A stretch of DNA of 63,920 nt, filler included, from Collodictyon triciliatum (Eukaryota): NCBI GenBank assembly GCA_043381765.1. It is 21 parts of 21 records of this genome, joined end to end, with 100 filler letters (N's around TTAATTAATTAA, not from the genome) between each part and the next. Parts side by side here need not be neighbours in the genome. Positions count along the whole stretch, not along the records: positions 1 to 3,073 come from JBHJMP010007834.1; positions 3,174 to 6,245 come from JBHJMP010007835.1; positions 6,346 to 9,415 come from JBHJMP010007836.1; positions 9,516 to 12,584 come from JBHJMP010007837.1; positions 12,685 to 15,757 come from JBHJMP010007838.1; 16 more parts are not named here. One strand, given 5' to 3'. The notes beneath the pieces are model-generated. The model had not been told where the DNA came from, made no database searches, and worked only from the letters and a program-made list of their open reading frames with translations. How positions within the stretch are numbered: the first letter of the stretch is position 1; every line of letters starts with the position of its first letter. The position numbers and the translations under genes are program-made. This document shows positions 1 through 12,939 of the stretch, piece by piece.

Positions 1-98
1 TATGTATGTATGTATGTATGTATGTATGTATGTATGTATGTATGTATGTATGTATGTATGTATGTATGTATGTATGTATGTATGTATGTATGTATGTA
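1..98. repeat. (TATG)n microsatellite
   Basis: Perfect tetranucleotide run; another copy at ~62172-62253. Confidence 0.97.
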
Positions 99-143
99 TA
101 TGTAGCTATTTTCAATTAAAATCTAACAATTTTCTTAATTCAG

Positions 144-2141
144 GCTTGCCTAAGACGGCCGAAAATCTAACCGAGCTTTTGTCAGTAAATGTCTATGAAT
201 ACGCCTTGCTATACTCTTTTTCTTTTTCTTTTTCTTTTTGTGTATTGTTGCTGTTTACCTTATGCAAGTAATTAATACTTATCGTAAAATGATAATAAGA
301 GAACAAAAATTTTATAATTGATTCAAAGGATTTATTAATATCTCCCATGAAATAGTGGGTCCTCGAAAAATGCCAAGTTCGAGTCTGGTTTGGTATGAAA
401 TACTTGTACCTCTTGAAGATAACATGGGCATGCTCTGTGTGATTTACCGTATATTGTGTATGAAGTCTAACCTCGAACCCGCTATGTAGTCCCTTAACAC
501 CAGTAACGATGAAGAGGGACTAGCATTAGAGGAAAAAAAGCCAAAAAAGGTTGATTACAAATGTCCTTTTCTTGCTTTTTCATTTGAGTTTCAACTGTTT
601 ATCTATTAATATTTATTGCTCCCTTCTAGTATAATCTTTCTCCTATTCGCAGTGGTTCATATATATTCTGAGTAATCGGCCATAACCAATACTTGTTTTT
701 TTTTTCTTTTTCACAAAATAATCTTTGATGAATCCATACTGGTATGCAGCGAGGTCCAAAAGCTGGTGTTAAAAAGGAAGAAAGTCATAGGTAAGATTAC
801 AAGCCTCTTTTCATTATGTAAGACACGTCGTTTTAGTGTAGAGGAAAACATTTTGATACTACCAAAACAACTTGGAAATAGCAAGAACGTAATGATTTTT
901 TTCCTTTATTAAAAAAATTGATATTAATGTGTTGAACCGAATAGCCCCAAGCAAGACATACGCACATATATGAAGCCAGTTAAAAAAGGTTTATATGTTA
1001 TTATTACGTTTGCTTTGACCTTGGATTCGTTTAGATTTTATATATGTAAAAGACAGCTATTACAGGGGACCAGTATGAAGAAAATATTGAAAAATCGCTG
1101 TTATCTCGTTATTTTTCTAATATTAAAATAAAATAAAATAAAAGATAAAAGGGAAATTGTTGATGAAGATCAACCGAAGCGAGGGGCGAAAGGGAAAGGG
1201 AAACGTCGAGTAAAAAATGAGAACGATGAAAGTGAGGAGGAGATTGAAGAAAACGATGGTAGCGATAATGATGATTTCGAAGATACAAAGGCTGCTCCAG
1301 TAAGCAATCTTTTACTTTCATAGTGCTATATCTTACTTCTTCATTATTATTATCATAATCTTTATCATCATCATTATTATCATTATCATTGCCATTGTCA
1401 TTGTCATTGTCATTGTCATTGTCATTGTCATTGTCATTGTCATTATCATTATCATTATCATTATCATTATCATTATCATTATCATTATCATTATCATTAT
1501 CTTTATCATTATCATTATCATCATTATCATCATTATCATCATTATCATCATTATCATCATCATCATGGTGCTTGTCCCCCCCCCTCCCTTTGTGTTTTTT
1601 TCCCCCCCCCCCCCCCCCCCCCACCCCCCTCACGTTTTTCTCTTTTTGTTCTTCATCAAATACAGATACGCTGTTTCATGTGGTTGCCTTTTCGTAGTCC
1701 ATAATTAGGATATTTTTTTATGCGTAATATCATATCCATCTCCATACAACTAACGAACCTGCCATTCTAATAAAACAGGTGTCCAAGAGCGTGGCCTCTT
1801 CTCGAAGTATGACATCGTTCTTTGTTATTTGTTCTTCGCCATTTGTGATGAGTTTCTTCTGGCATACGAATGAATGCGATCGACTCACTTCCGTAGATAT
1901 AAAATCGTTTCTTTAAATGACTCAACCAATCCAAAATAAATAAATAAATAATAATATAAATAATAGGCCGCCGCCAAGTCAAGCAAGTCAGCTACCGCCA
2001 ACCTGGTTTGCAAGAAGACTCTATATGAACCATCATTATGGTTTCTACTATGTGAAGTTGGATATCACCAAACATGCGATGATGATGACGCGCCGCGAAG
2101 CGGACGCACCGACATCCTCTGCATTTGCTGTGTGCGCCTGA
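144..2141 (+). CDS. Probable multi-exon hypothetical protein (3' part), with an acidic/basic low-complexity exon
   Basis: Short AG..GT-bounded open segments, e.g. ~1151-1299 EIVDEDQPKRGAKGKGKRRVKNENDESEEEIEENDGSDNDDFEDTKAAP followed by gtaagc. Downstream exon phases are ambiguous. Confidence 0.35.
1340..1565. repeat. (ATCATT/GTCATT)n and (ATC)n microsatellite
   Basis: Hexamer/trimer array; explains the spurious DN/MI/SL ORFs. Confidence 0.95.
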
Positions 2142-2587
2142 TTCTGCTTAACCAACTTTAACTAAATGCACCAACCACGCCTTTTATAGGAGGTACAAAC
2201 GACGACGACGACGACGATGATGATGATGATGACGATGATGAGGACGCCTTTGAGATCAGTGATTAGGCATCACTCTGATCTAATGGACTTGCACTATCCA
2301 TAAACAACCTCTCGATTACCGCCTCCCATTTAGTTTCGTCATCTCATTTAAGATAGAGATAGATAAAAAAAAAAAATGAAAAAAGAAAAAGTAACACAAA
2401 CACAAAGTATCAGGCTGTCAATCATCGATTGATTTTATGGATATTATTTGGTTCCACTCCTGCGAGGTCCGGACTTGTCGAACAGATCGCTGGGTGCGGT
2501 GGTATTTGGGATGGGTGCGTATATATGCCCACCTGTAAATCATCAATCATCAATCATCAATCATCAACGCGGCCAGAGAAAAATATG

Positions 2588-2893
2588 TCAATGCGCACGA
2601 CCAGACACAGATAAATGCATAAAGGGATTGCCTTTGTGTCCAAGCATGTTGATCTCTGCCCGCAAGGCCTCGATCTCCCTGCGCTGGTTCTGGATGAGTT
2701 CGGTGAGGCGCTTGCGCTCCTGCCCCTCCTTCTTTGTGGCAGTGGTGTACTCTGCAGCGAGTGTGTTTTGCGAGTGGTTAAGGCTCGCCTCGAGATGCTG
2801 CTGCGTTTGCGACAGTTCGGCCAGTTTGTGCAGCTTTGCTGTGTTGTGTTGCGTCGAGTGCATCAACTCGTCCTTGGTGCTCCCGATTTTTTG
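2588..2893 (-). CDS. CFAP44: Last exon of a CFAP44 (WDR52)-like flagellar protein, C-terminal coiled coil
   Basis: acacag acceptor, then QKIGSTKDELMHSTQHNTAKL...RLTELIQNQRREIEALRAEINMLGHKG, matching the remembered CFAP44 C-terminus ([25 protein letters not shown]). Confidence 0.7.
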   Translation of the reverse strand, partial: QKIGSTKDELMHSTQHNTAKLHKLAELSQTQQHLEASLNHSQNTLAAEYTTATKKEGQERKRLTELIQNQRREIEALRAEINMLGHKGNPFMHLSVSGRAH

Positions 2894-3073
2894 CTGTGTT
2901 TAACCGCTAGTTAGAGGCTCGCAAGGAAAGAGACAAACAATGAAGGCAGAGTAAGAAAGAAAGAAAAGAAAAGAAAAGAAAAGAAAAGAAAAGAAAAGAA
3001 AAGAAATGAAAAGAAAAGAAAAGAAAAGAAAAGAAAAGAAAAGAAAAGAAAAGAAAAGAAAAGAAAAGAAAAG

Positions 3074-3173
3074 NNNNNNNNNNNNNNNNNNNNNNNNNNN
3101 NNNNNNNNNNNNNNNNNTTAATTAATTAANNNNNNNNNNNNNNNNNNNNNNNNNNNNNNNNNNNNNNNNNNNN
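3074..3173. other. Artificial contig linker (44N-TTAATTAATTAA-44N); first of 20 copies
   Basis: The same 100-bp six-frame-stop linker recurs at 6246, 9416, 12585, 15758, 18927, 22095, 25262, 27636, 30801, 33966, 37129, 40291, 43452, 46613, 49772, 52931, 56090, 59248 and 62405. True scaffold gaps are at 32420-32876 and 38338-38836. Confidence 0.98.
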
Positions 3174-3190
3174 AAAAAAAAAAATTCCCC

Positions 3191-3232
<42 letters not shown>

Positions 3233-3678
3233 AAAAAAAAAAAACAACCTCTGCACAAAAAGCAAACAAACAAAACTTCAACACAAGAAAAACACACTCG
3301 CCGAAGGGCGGCACGGTATTCAACCACGCCCGCATTCCCGCCCGCGGATTATTCCGCTTCGCCGATCGCAGTGACTGCGCACACAACAACAGCGTCGGCG
3401 AACAGCGAAACCATAAAAACACAAAAGATTGCCGTTTGGGATAATCACACCACGAAAGGAAGAAGAGAGAAAAGTAGCCACGGAAGTACGATACCTGATT
3501 TATCATGCCATTATTGGATAAAATTGAGGCGCCAGCCACAGGCGGATTTGAAGCGGACTGCCACTTCGAGCCTGGCTGTGTGAAAGCAAGGGCAAGCAGA
3601 CAAGGGGCAAAAGACTTCCATCCAATCGTTGCTGTGCTTGCATATTCGTGGGCGTTTCGTTAACATATATATTTATAT

Positions 3679-5990
3679 TTACAGGAGGAATATCTTTGTC
3701 TCCAACTCGGTAGGCCGTTTTGTGGATTGAGAGGCTGAGTAGGTTGACATCATTTGCGGGTCGAGTCGAATCCGCGCGGGGGTGGCGCCTAACCGGCGAA
3801 GTTCATCTGGCGAGAGGGAATGAAACTGAAAGACTGATTAATCAAAAGAATATATGAACGTGTACTGTTTGTGCATCAGAATCGAAGACATCGCAAAACC
3901 GTTCTTACATCAGAGGGAGAAGAGCGGTTGCGTTGGGTCGAGTGCGAACTGGATGACCTGGGTCGTATATTCACAGATTGGAATGAGAAGTTTGTTCGTA
4001 ACCTTTGCGCTTGGTTGCCTCCTGTTGATTTACGAGCTCCATTGTCGCATGTTGAAGTTTCAGGAGCATCGGATGCACTAATATTAAATGACAGATTTCT
4101 TTCTTCTATTTTTTTCTTTATAAAACGTCACTTATTTTTATTTATACATGCAAAAAAAAAAAAATACATATATGTATATGACATTCAAAATACTATAACA
4201 AAAAAAAAATCCCCCAAGATAACATATTAACGTGAAAGCATAAAAAAAAATAAAACAAGACAAAGAGCTTCGTGAATTCTTTTACAACTTCATGAAAGGC
4301 ATAGATATATGAAATGGTCGAACATAAGTAGTAACCTCTTTGGGCGATGTTCCATGTTTCGTTTCGATAAAAAGTCCAGAGCTCTTGGGATTGGGGGAGG
4401 TTTCAAGACCATCCTCTCTACGGCTTCCTACAATAAAAGAGCATTCTTTCGGTGGCTGGCAGAGAGTAGGGAATACACGATTGGAATAAAAAGTGCCAAA
4501 TAGGTTAGAGGATGGAGCGAGCTACAAGATTTTGTTCGCTTATTAAACCACATACCTGCTCTGCCTTTTCTTTCATCCTTGCCTCGTGAGCCTCATGAAT
4601 TTTTTTGGTTTCAGTCCTCAGCTTGAGAACATAGTCACCCAAGTCCTGCTCTATCTTGGACAATCCAACTCTGGACTGCATCATCTTTTCAGGTGCTCTT
4701 TTCCCTACATTTAATTTCAATAAGATTGAAACACACAAAAGGATTAAAAATTTGTAGAGAGAGACAGAACTTCATGAAAGAAAGAGTAAGACTCAAAGCT
4801 TATGTAGAATTCGCAAGCAGGGTCTCCCATTAGGTTTCATCGAACCGACATATCAAAATTACCAAAACATATTTTATCAGCATCGATCCCTTCAAACTTC
4901 TGCCGGGCCAGGATTCGCTCTTCGTCCGACACAGCTAATACAATTTAAAAAAAAGAAAAGAAGAAAGAAGAGCGCATATGAGCTATTAAAATGGTCTCGA
5001 ATGCCATTTAATCTAAAGAATTATGATATTGCGGTCATAGGGAAAATAAAAGGAGCATCACAAACATGACACAACGTGAAATAAAACAGGGAAAAGCTTG
5101 GGTGGGCATATATTAAATTTTACCATGTCTATCCAATATCTTTAATGATGGGATGTAGTATATCAGAGAAACACGATAGTCAGCCTCCTCTTGAACAGGA
5201 TTCCCAAATAAATCTTTATTTCATAACCCATTAACATTTCCACTCTTCAAATAATTGATAAAATTTTATCGTTATCGACTGGTATTTAATTTGCTTCAAT
5301 ATTTAAGTATCAGATGTACGATTTACTTAGTTCTCGTAGAAAGATCAATCCCCTCAAATGATCCAACAAGACTTTAAAGTCTCGAATCTTGTTATTCTTT
5401 AAATTTAAATATGTCAATATGTACTCCAAAAGATAGAAGAAAAAGCAAGATTATAAAAAAATATAAAAATAATATAAATAAAAAAAGTCAAAGAATATCA
5501 AGCCTGACTAATTTGCAAAAAAAAACAAAAAACAAAAAAAACCTGGATTAGCAAAACTTCAAGGTATTTGCACCATTTGCTGATATTTTCCAATGACCGA
5601 ACAGAGTTGTTTTCAATATACAAGCGCCGGAGACGGAAGTTCCTCTGAAGGAAAGTGATGCTCTTTAACTAATGATAAAAGCAAGAAGCCCATGAGCAAT
5701 AAATTCGCGACTGAGCCAGTAGATGTTGAAACGTCCTTTTTTTTTTTTAATTTTCCCTTCTTTTTCGCAACACGGTTTCCCAAAAGTCAGTTACTACGTA
5801 ATGGCCTGGCTATTATCATTTTTAATTTGCTTATTTAATTCAAGGCAATGACCTGATTATTATTGACCCACAGAACCTCCAGCTGTGGAAAAAGGCTGAG
5901 ATCGAGACGCTCCAGGTTGCGGTTCGACAAAAATATCTCCGTGCAGCGATCCTTGTGTGGCATTGCGCTGTAGTCCCAGTTTTCATCCAT
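3679..5990 (-). CDS. LRRC72: LRRC72-like leucine-rich repeat protein, ~9 exons
   Basis: MDENWDY..EIFLSNRNLERLDLSLFPQLEVLWVNNNQ|LKSITFLQRNFRLRRLYIENN..|NLFGNPVQEEADYRVSLIYYIPSLKILDRH|AVSDEER..ICFG|KRAP. LRR cap present; GT-AG introns. The 3' exons are less certain. Confidence 0.7.
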
Positions 5991-6176
5991 TTTTTCATAA
6001 ACCGAGGCCTCTTGTCTGGTGCTTTTGAAGGCCGGTTAATTGGTATTATAAGAGGCTTCCTTCTGTCTTCTATTTTTTGTTTTTCGTTTCTTGTTTTATT
6101 TTTGCTTCTTTGTTTCGTTTTGTTTTGTTATTTGTTTTGTTTTTTGTTTAGTTTTGTTTTGTTTTGTTTTGTTTTG

Positions 6177-6245
<69 letters not shown>

Positions 6246-6359
6246 NNNNNNNNNNNNNNNNNNNNNNNNNNNNNNNNNNNNNNNNNNNNTTAATTAATTA
6301 ANNNNNNNNNNNNNNNNNNNNNNNNNNNNNNNNNNNNNNNNNNNNATAAAGTTATAAAC

Positions 6360-7664
6360 CTGAAATACTGACCAATGATGTATGTTTGGAAAATATGCAA
6401 TATTTGTAGATTCGGGAGATTGAAAAAGTCTGGAATATCTCCTAGGCCATAATATATGTAATAAAGTAACTGTAATGAGCCAAAATCTTCACATTTCTAC
6501 GTATTTTATATCAATATAGAATTTCAAACATTTGAACTAAACCATATGAAAAAAGTCTTACCTGTAATTATGCTACTTAATCCTATGCACATCAGGATAA
6601 GCTCCAGTATTTTTGAAAAATCAGGTATTGTACCCTCCAATGAATTTCCTTCTATTAATATAATTTGTGCATTTGGAATCCCAGAAAAATCTGGAATAGA
6701 ACCGGTAATCTTGTTCAAAGAGACACCCAAGTATATAAGAAACGGTGGGTTAAAGTCGTGAAGCGCCCCGTAAATAAAATTGTTGTACATTTTCACAGAC
6801 AAGAGATGCGAGAAATATTCCAAGGTATTTGATACTTCCCCTATATCTCCAGATAGATTGTTTCCAACCAACTTTATTTCAATTAATGGACAAGAGTTTT
6901 CCTATTTATTAAAATTTTCAAATATATAGTATTTTATGATCGAATTTTTTCCTTTATTCTATTCAAAAAAATTTATGATCGAAAATAAAATAAAATAAAA
7001 TATTGGACACTTAAAATTATATCTACATACATCCACTTTGAATCGAATAAAGGAAAAAAAATATCTACATACATCCAACTGAGTTTTTGAACACTTTGAG
7101 TGACAGTGTATCCCAAACCAATAACATATAGGAGTTTCATGACTTTTGCAACCAGAATAATTGAACCAAAAGTCTTCATTCAGGACTCTACAAAGCTCAT
7201 GCAATAATTCAAAAATTTTTTTCGAGGTTTCGGATATTTCTTTTACCCAGCTTGCGTCAGTGCTGTAAGTTAGGTCATTGGCTCCGATAAACTTCCTTTC
7301 AAATGAATTTTTCCATTCACCTTTGTCATGAAAATCATATTTACTAAGACTATCATGATTAAAATCATATGGGATAAATACTTTGTAGTATTTTTTAAAC
7401 AATCCAGTAAATATCATTACCTTCTTGACCTAAGTGGTCATCATTCTCATCGGAAGAAAGTAGACATGAATCCATGTAAAAATCCAGCAAAATTTTGAAT
7501 GCCTCGTCTGTATTCATGGACATGATTTCATTGCGACTCAGCAAGCATCTGAGACATGAGTTGCCACTGGACGAAGATAAACCAGTTTTTATATTGAAAA
7601 TCATAAAAACTTTGTGCTTTCTTAAATTATCTTTACCTATCATCCCTGGACAATATATGACCAA
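6360..7664 (-). CDS. Extracellular-type (plant-like) LRR protein, partial, multi-exon
   Basis: N-cap ICYWFGIHC, then LxxNxLxGxIP repeats (GNNLSGDI, LNKITGSIPDFS, GNSLEGTIPDFS, GDIPDF); runs into the contig end. Confidence 0.75.
6933..6983 (-). mobile_element. Micro-retroposon copy (6945-6971) with 12-bp TSD TTTATGATCGAA
   Basis: Reverse complement is TTTGAATAGAATAAAGGAAAAAA, between direct repeats at 6933-6944 and 6972-6983. Confidence 0.75.
7019..7077 (+). mobile_element. Micro-retroposon copy (7036-7060) with perfect 17-bp TSD ATATCTACATACATCCA
   Basis: CTTTGAATCGAATAAAGGAAAAAAA between identical direct repeats at 7019-7035 and 7061-7077. Confidence 0.9.
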
Positions 7665-9039
7665 AAAGAGACAAAAGAATCAATATGTTCCAAATATTCA
7701 ATTTTCTCATAAAGGGGAAGCGTTGGCCAAGACAATATCTATATTTGGCTAGGCATTACTATGCATAAATGATTTTTCTTGTGTGTTTCATTCTGTTTGA
7801 CCCCACATTTTTTGATTTATCATGTGTCAAAGTTTTAGCAATTTTCAATGCAGATTAGAATTATAATTGCATATTATTATATGAAATTCTTTTCAAAAGC
7901 AAAAGTTATTGGTGAAAAAATCAGAAAGAGGATTATTGCAAAAGAAGGTTCTCGACATTTGGTTCACTTAATATTTGATAAAAAGCTCTTATCCTCTCGA
8001 TTTATTTATTATTCTTGATGATTTCAATAGTTATAAATATTCTCCTCTTAAAAATGTGATAAATTAAATTATTTGAAATCAAAAGAAAAGAAATTTTCAT
8101 TTTTCAGTGCGCCACGCTTTTTTTAGATTTATCTTGTATTTAGTAAATTATATTGGAAATATGAAAAATTAATGCTTACATCACCTGCTAAAATTCTTAG
8201 AACAAAAACTACGGGATGTTATAAAAGAGCTTAAATTATCCATATAAAACATATAGTACGCCTCTAATTTTTAAAAAGGTCACAACTTGAATATTATATT
8301 ATCATATATTTCAGAGAAGTAAAACCTCAATTATTTCATGATTATCCTATGATTTGAATTGGAATAGAACTTGGCACTTTTTTCATCAAAATATCTTTAG
8401 AATAGCTTAACTTAGGTACTTAAATTGGTGTAATGAATTATTTACTGAATGGCTCAATATTTTGAGAGTGATAAGAAAATTATGGAATGAATATTTTTTC
8501 GTTACAAATCATTTAGACTAATAATATAAACTATAGATGAAATAATGAATCATTATTCTATAATCTATAATTTCTCTCCTTGCATACAGACATATCGCAT
8601 GACTTTTTTTTAAAAAAAAGGGAGCGTACACCATGTTTAGCAGTTAGCAGATGCTATTCACAAAACTATGCAGATTTCAGATGAAATTCAGAGGAATTTA
8701 TATCACAAAGCTGCATTGAAATATTCAATACAGAAGGATGAGAATTGTAAGGAAAAAAGATTTTTCAAAATTTATAAAGCATAGTGGTATTGTATTTTCA
8801 CAAGAATTTCTAATAAGGTATATACATTTAATTATTCGCCTTCGTAATTATCTATTCATATAAGGTGGTATGTCGATGTTGGCAAATCAGAATATGAAAA
8901 GTGTGGTTGATAGACTAGATAATTCAGCTTTCGGGTGCATGCAAGCCAATTTCTAGGTATTTTATGACATTTTTCCGATGCAAATAAAAAACATATTTCA
9001 CTTCATATTTGAATTCAGTGTTTCGGGTTGGCAACAACA

Positions 9040-9300
9040 TACCTATTTTAGAGCCAGTGAACAAGGGGGACTTATGTATATTCTAAGGAGAATTTAGTTG
9101 CTCTTCGAAAAATAAAAAATAAATAGAGCGAAATCTATGATGATGGTTGCTAAACTTCGCCTAGGCTGTCTAATACGGGCTTAACACTCAGGCAAAAGGC
9201 GAAAGCACAGAAATCTATTCCTGATAATCGACTACTTCACCTCCACCCAGGCCCGGGTAGTGTTCATGGAGACGAAGGCTAGCGAGTAAATGTCAAAACA
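9040..9300 (+). mobile_element. Degenerate 3' end of the L1/Tx1-like LINE
   Basis: attcctgataatcgactacttcacctccacccag..gtagtgttcatggagacgaaggctagcga aligns by eye with the 3' segments at ~24960-25045 and ~28100-28175. Confidence 0.6.
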
Positions 9301-10111
9301 CGCTATTGAGCGAACTTATAGAGAGAATTCTATAGAAAAGAAAAGTCAAGGACTTTAGCGAATATATAGAGAAATAAAACGCATCAACAAAGGTCCGTCC
9401 TAAACCTTCCTGAGCNNNNNNNNNNNNNNNNNNNNNNNNNNNNNNNNNNNNNNNNNNNNTTAATTAATTAANNNNNNNNNNNNNNNNNNNNNNNNNNNNN
9501 NNNNNNNNNNNNNNNAAAAAAAAAAAAAAAAAAAAAAAAAAACAAAAAACAAAAAACAAAAAAACAAAAAAACAAAAAAAAAACAAAACAAACAATACGA
9601 AAGCTTCAAACTCTCATTATTCAGAAGCGACCCAAAGGTTAGCCAAGTCGCGAGTGTTAGTGTAGCCCTGTCGTCGTATTACATCAGCGCATCACAAGGC
9701 CAAGGTTTTACCCACACTCAGCAGAGCCGAGACGAGAAGGCTTCGAGAATCCCTGCGTGTTTTTTTCTCAGGCCGTCCGTGGCTCTGCCGCAACCCCGCG
9801 TTCTATCGCTTAGCCGGTGGGTGATAACTTCCACAGACTCATACTCGACCTTGAAATGCTTCGAAAGTATTATTAAATAAGTGATTTGTATGGATGTGGA
9901 TTCGCACAAGGCGAAGGTTGTATACTCATACAAATGATTACGATCTATGCTGTTGCTCAAATTAAAATACATTCAACAAAAGCTGAAAGTGTTTTTTTTT
10001 ATATATATATTTATTTTATTTATAGGTGTGTGGTGGCAGTCTTGACGTATTTTCCGTCGTCGCTCCCTCCAAAACCCGATATTCGCCTCTTTGCTTCTAC
10101 TGAGCATTTTA

Positions 10112-11468
10112 TCAGAACTGTAGCTCGACTTGACACTTGTGGAAAACGTAGTCTTGTCGATAAAGTTGCATCACGCCGTCCTTCAAGATGCATCTCCATT
10201 TGTTCCTGGAATGGGTGACCTGTGCCAAAGTGAAGTAGGTTTTTTTTGTTTTTTTTAAAAATAATAATAATAAAATAAAGTAGTTATTTCAGGCGGGATG
10301 ATAATCGCCCTATAAGTTGGAGCCATATATACCCACTCGTATCTAATAAATAAATAAATAAAAAAAAATGAAATAAGAATGAATATATAACGCACACGCT
10401 CGTATTGACACAAGACGAGTTGATAAGTGATGGTTGCATCATCGCTGCTGTTGTCGTAATCAGAGCCTAGCTCTGAGCCTTCATCATCCTCTTGCCGAGC
10501 TGTATTTGCCGAGTTTGAGCCGGCTGACACCAAAGTACCAATTGGTCCACTGTGCAGAGTTGGAGGCCCAGGCAAGGGAGCCAGGGCAGTGGGTTGGGAT
10601 GATACGAAGCTTTGGGACTGAGAATGAACGATGCCCGTTTCATCGTGCAGATGCTGCTGCCCCATGTAATGCTGTGCGAGATGTCCGACAGGCATTTGAC
10701 TCTGGTGCGATCTGATTGCCTGCTGTTGTAGCCCACCCTGGTAATGCTCTTGGTGCAATATGTTGTGAGACCCTTGGTTGTGCCCAATCGAGCCTTGTGA
10801 TGGACCGTGCAAATACTGATGTCTGTCTCGAGTGGGGTGCGATGATTGGTATCCACCTTTCTCTTCATCGTCGTCTTCGTCGTCATCATCATCATCATCA
10901 TCATCATCGTCATCGTCGTCATTAGTATCCCCAACCCCTCCAGCTCCGTACTGATGATGCCCCTTGGCCTGGTTGTGATAGGTTTGCTGGTGAGAACGAG
11001 GCTGGTCGTGCTTCCCATCGACCTGTGGAACTTCAATTGAAGCCGTTTTTTTGTTTTTGTTTTTTGGTTTCGAATAGGGAGGTGAGTAAGAAATCATAAT
11101 CTTAATGATAATAATCATACCAATATTTAACTTTTATCATTCAAGAGAAAATGTTTTTTTTTTTTGTTACAGGAGCAGTTAAAAGAAAAGGAAAATGATA
11201 TGTGTGATAATATTCTCACTATTATCTAATATCGCGGAGGTATTTTTGTCCCTTTTGCTGGATACACAGATGCTTTGCACATAATTTGGTTCAATTTCAT
11301 CCCCAGCGCCATCATTCTGTGGAAGATGATGTCCTCCTCTGGAGAAGCCATGCTGCATTTATCAAATAGAACAATTATTCAGACTTTCATTAAATCGATT
11401 CAGCGAAGATGAATGGTATCGATAGTGCGAACCATGACTTCGTCAAGGATATATAAAGAAAAAGAAGG

Positions 11469-11500
<32 letters not shown>

Positions 11501-12327
11501 AGGAACAAATCATGCAAATTTAATAAAATTCAATTGACGGTACGCATAATTGACAAAGAACTGATAAAAATGCAAATATAATTATGACAATTTAAGCATC
11601 AATTTTGATGATGAAGCAGGAACATACATATCCCCGACTTTGATCCTCTTCATTAGATGAAACCCAAGTCGGAGCGTCCTGTTATCGAAGAACAGTGGAT
11701 GGACAAATTGTCAGAAATATAATATTTTCATACGAAATATTCGAGAAAGGAAAAATAAAGTATGCCCGAACCATGTAAGGGGCAGGTCGGCCCCAACCAG
11801 CGTCATCATGCGCTCGGTATTGAGGTTGATGTTGATTCTGATACATCGGAGGTCTTTGCCCTTGATGAAACTGTGGGTGAGTTTGGCTGGGGGAGAAAGA
11901 GTATGGCGCAGGAGTGGAGAATGAGAATTGCTGAGTGTGATGAAGCTGCGGTGGTGGGTGATGACGCATTTGGGGCTGGGATGATGACTGTGATGGTTGG
12001 TGATGGTGATGCTGTTGCTGCTGGTATTGGCTATTCTCAGCATGCCGCGATTGCTTTATATCGAGGAAGTTGATAGCCATAAGATAATACCAAACAAGAA
12101 TGTGACTAGATAATTATTATTTTTTATTTCTCGATAACCGTTTTTCTTCTTTTCTTTCATTTATTCATTTAGAAATAAAAAAAGATGGATATATAGTTTC
12201 TTTGACTGATACAGACCCATTCCAACTGGTGGGAGGGATGGTACACGTGCGAGTCGGAGTTTTCATCATCAGACTGATCGTTTTCCTCTTCTTCCACGGG
12301 ATTCATGTGAAGCTTTTTTTGCCACAG
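10112..12327 (-). CDS. GTF2A1: Transcription initiation factor IIA large subunit (alpha/beta), 5'-truncated, multi-exon
   Basis: LWQKKL (N-terminal helix end), Q/H-rich linker, PQNDG and PQVDG motifs, acidic tract, LVLCQYER|VTHSRNKWRCILKDGVMQLYRQDYVFHKCQVELQF*. Confidence 0.9.
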
Positions 12328-12510
12328 CTAATGCGCATCATAGAGAGGATTAAACAACATTCATATGAAATATCAGAAGGATGGGTTGGCGATTTATGGT
12401 GTGAGCACTGCATATTCTTTTAAGGGACTCATCATTTTAAATTATTCATATGGCTTTTCAGAATAAGGCATGTAATTATACCAACAAAGTAGGGGGGGGG
12501 GGGGGGGGGG

Positions 12511-12545
<35 letters not shown>

Positions 12546-12939
12546 TTTTTTTTTAAAAAAAAAAAAAAAAAAAAAAAGAGAGAANNNNNNNNNNNNNNNN
12601 NNNNNNNNNNNNNNNNNNNNNNNNNNNNTTAATTAATTAANNNNNNNNNNNNNNNNNNNNNNNNNNNNNNNNNNNNNNNNNNNNAAAACAAAAAAACAAA
12701 AAAACAAAAAAAAAACAAAAAAACAAAAAAACAAAAAAACAAAAAAACAAAAAAACAAAAACAAAAAAACAAAAAAAAAACTGAGACCATGACAAACCGC
12801 AGAAGCCTTTCGAGCTGCTTATTATTGACCGAAGAAAATTGTTAAACTTCTACCTCCTGCTTTCAGTGCATACATTAAAACATGTCTCTTTTGGTTTCGC
12901 AAAAACAGAAGACTACTCAAGGCTTCGGCGATCTACAAC

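Noticed and set aside
896-920. Partial micro-element match TTTTTTTCCTTTATT (also ~25990 and ~39100)
   Set aside because: Core incomplete and no convincing TSD; expected by chance in AT-rich DNA
2-1697. Low-complexity ORFs (MYVC, DN, SL; elsewhere poly-L/F/N/I)
   Set aside because: Translations of microsatellites, not genes
3118-3129. TTAATTAATTAA recurring every ~3.16 kb
   Set aside because: Artificial six-frame-stop linker within N padding. The periodicity reflects size-sorted contigs, so gene neighbourhoods across linkers are meaningless.
6945-7060. MITE with terminal inverted repeats
   Set aside because: The two inverted copies each have their own distinct TSD, indicating two independent insertions
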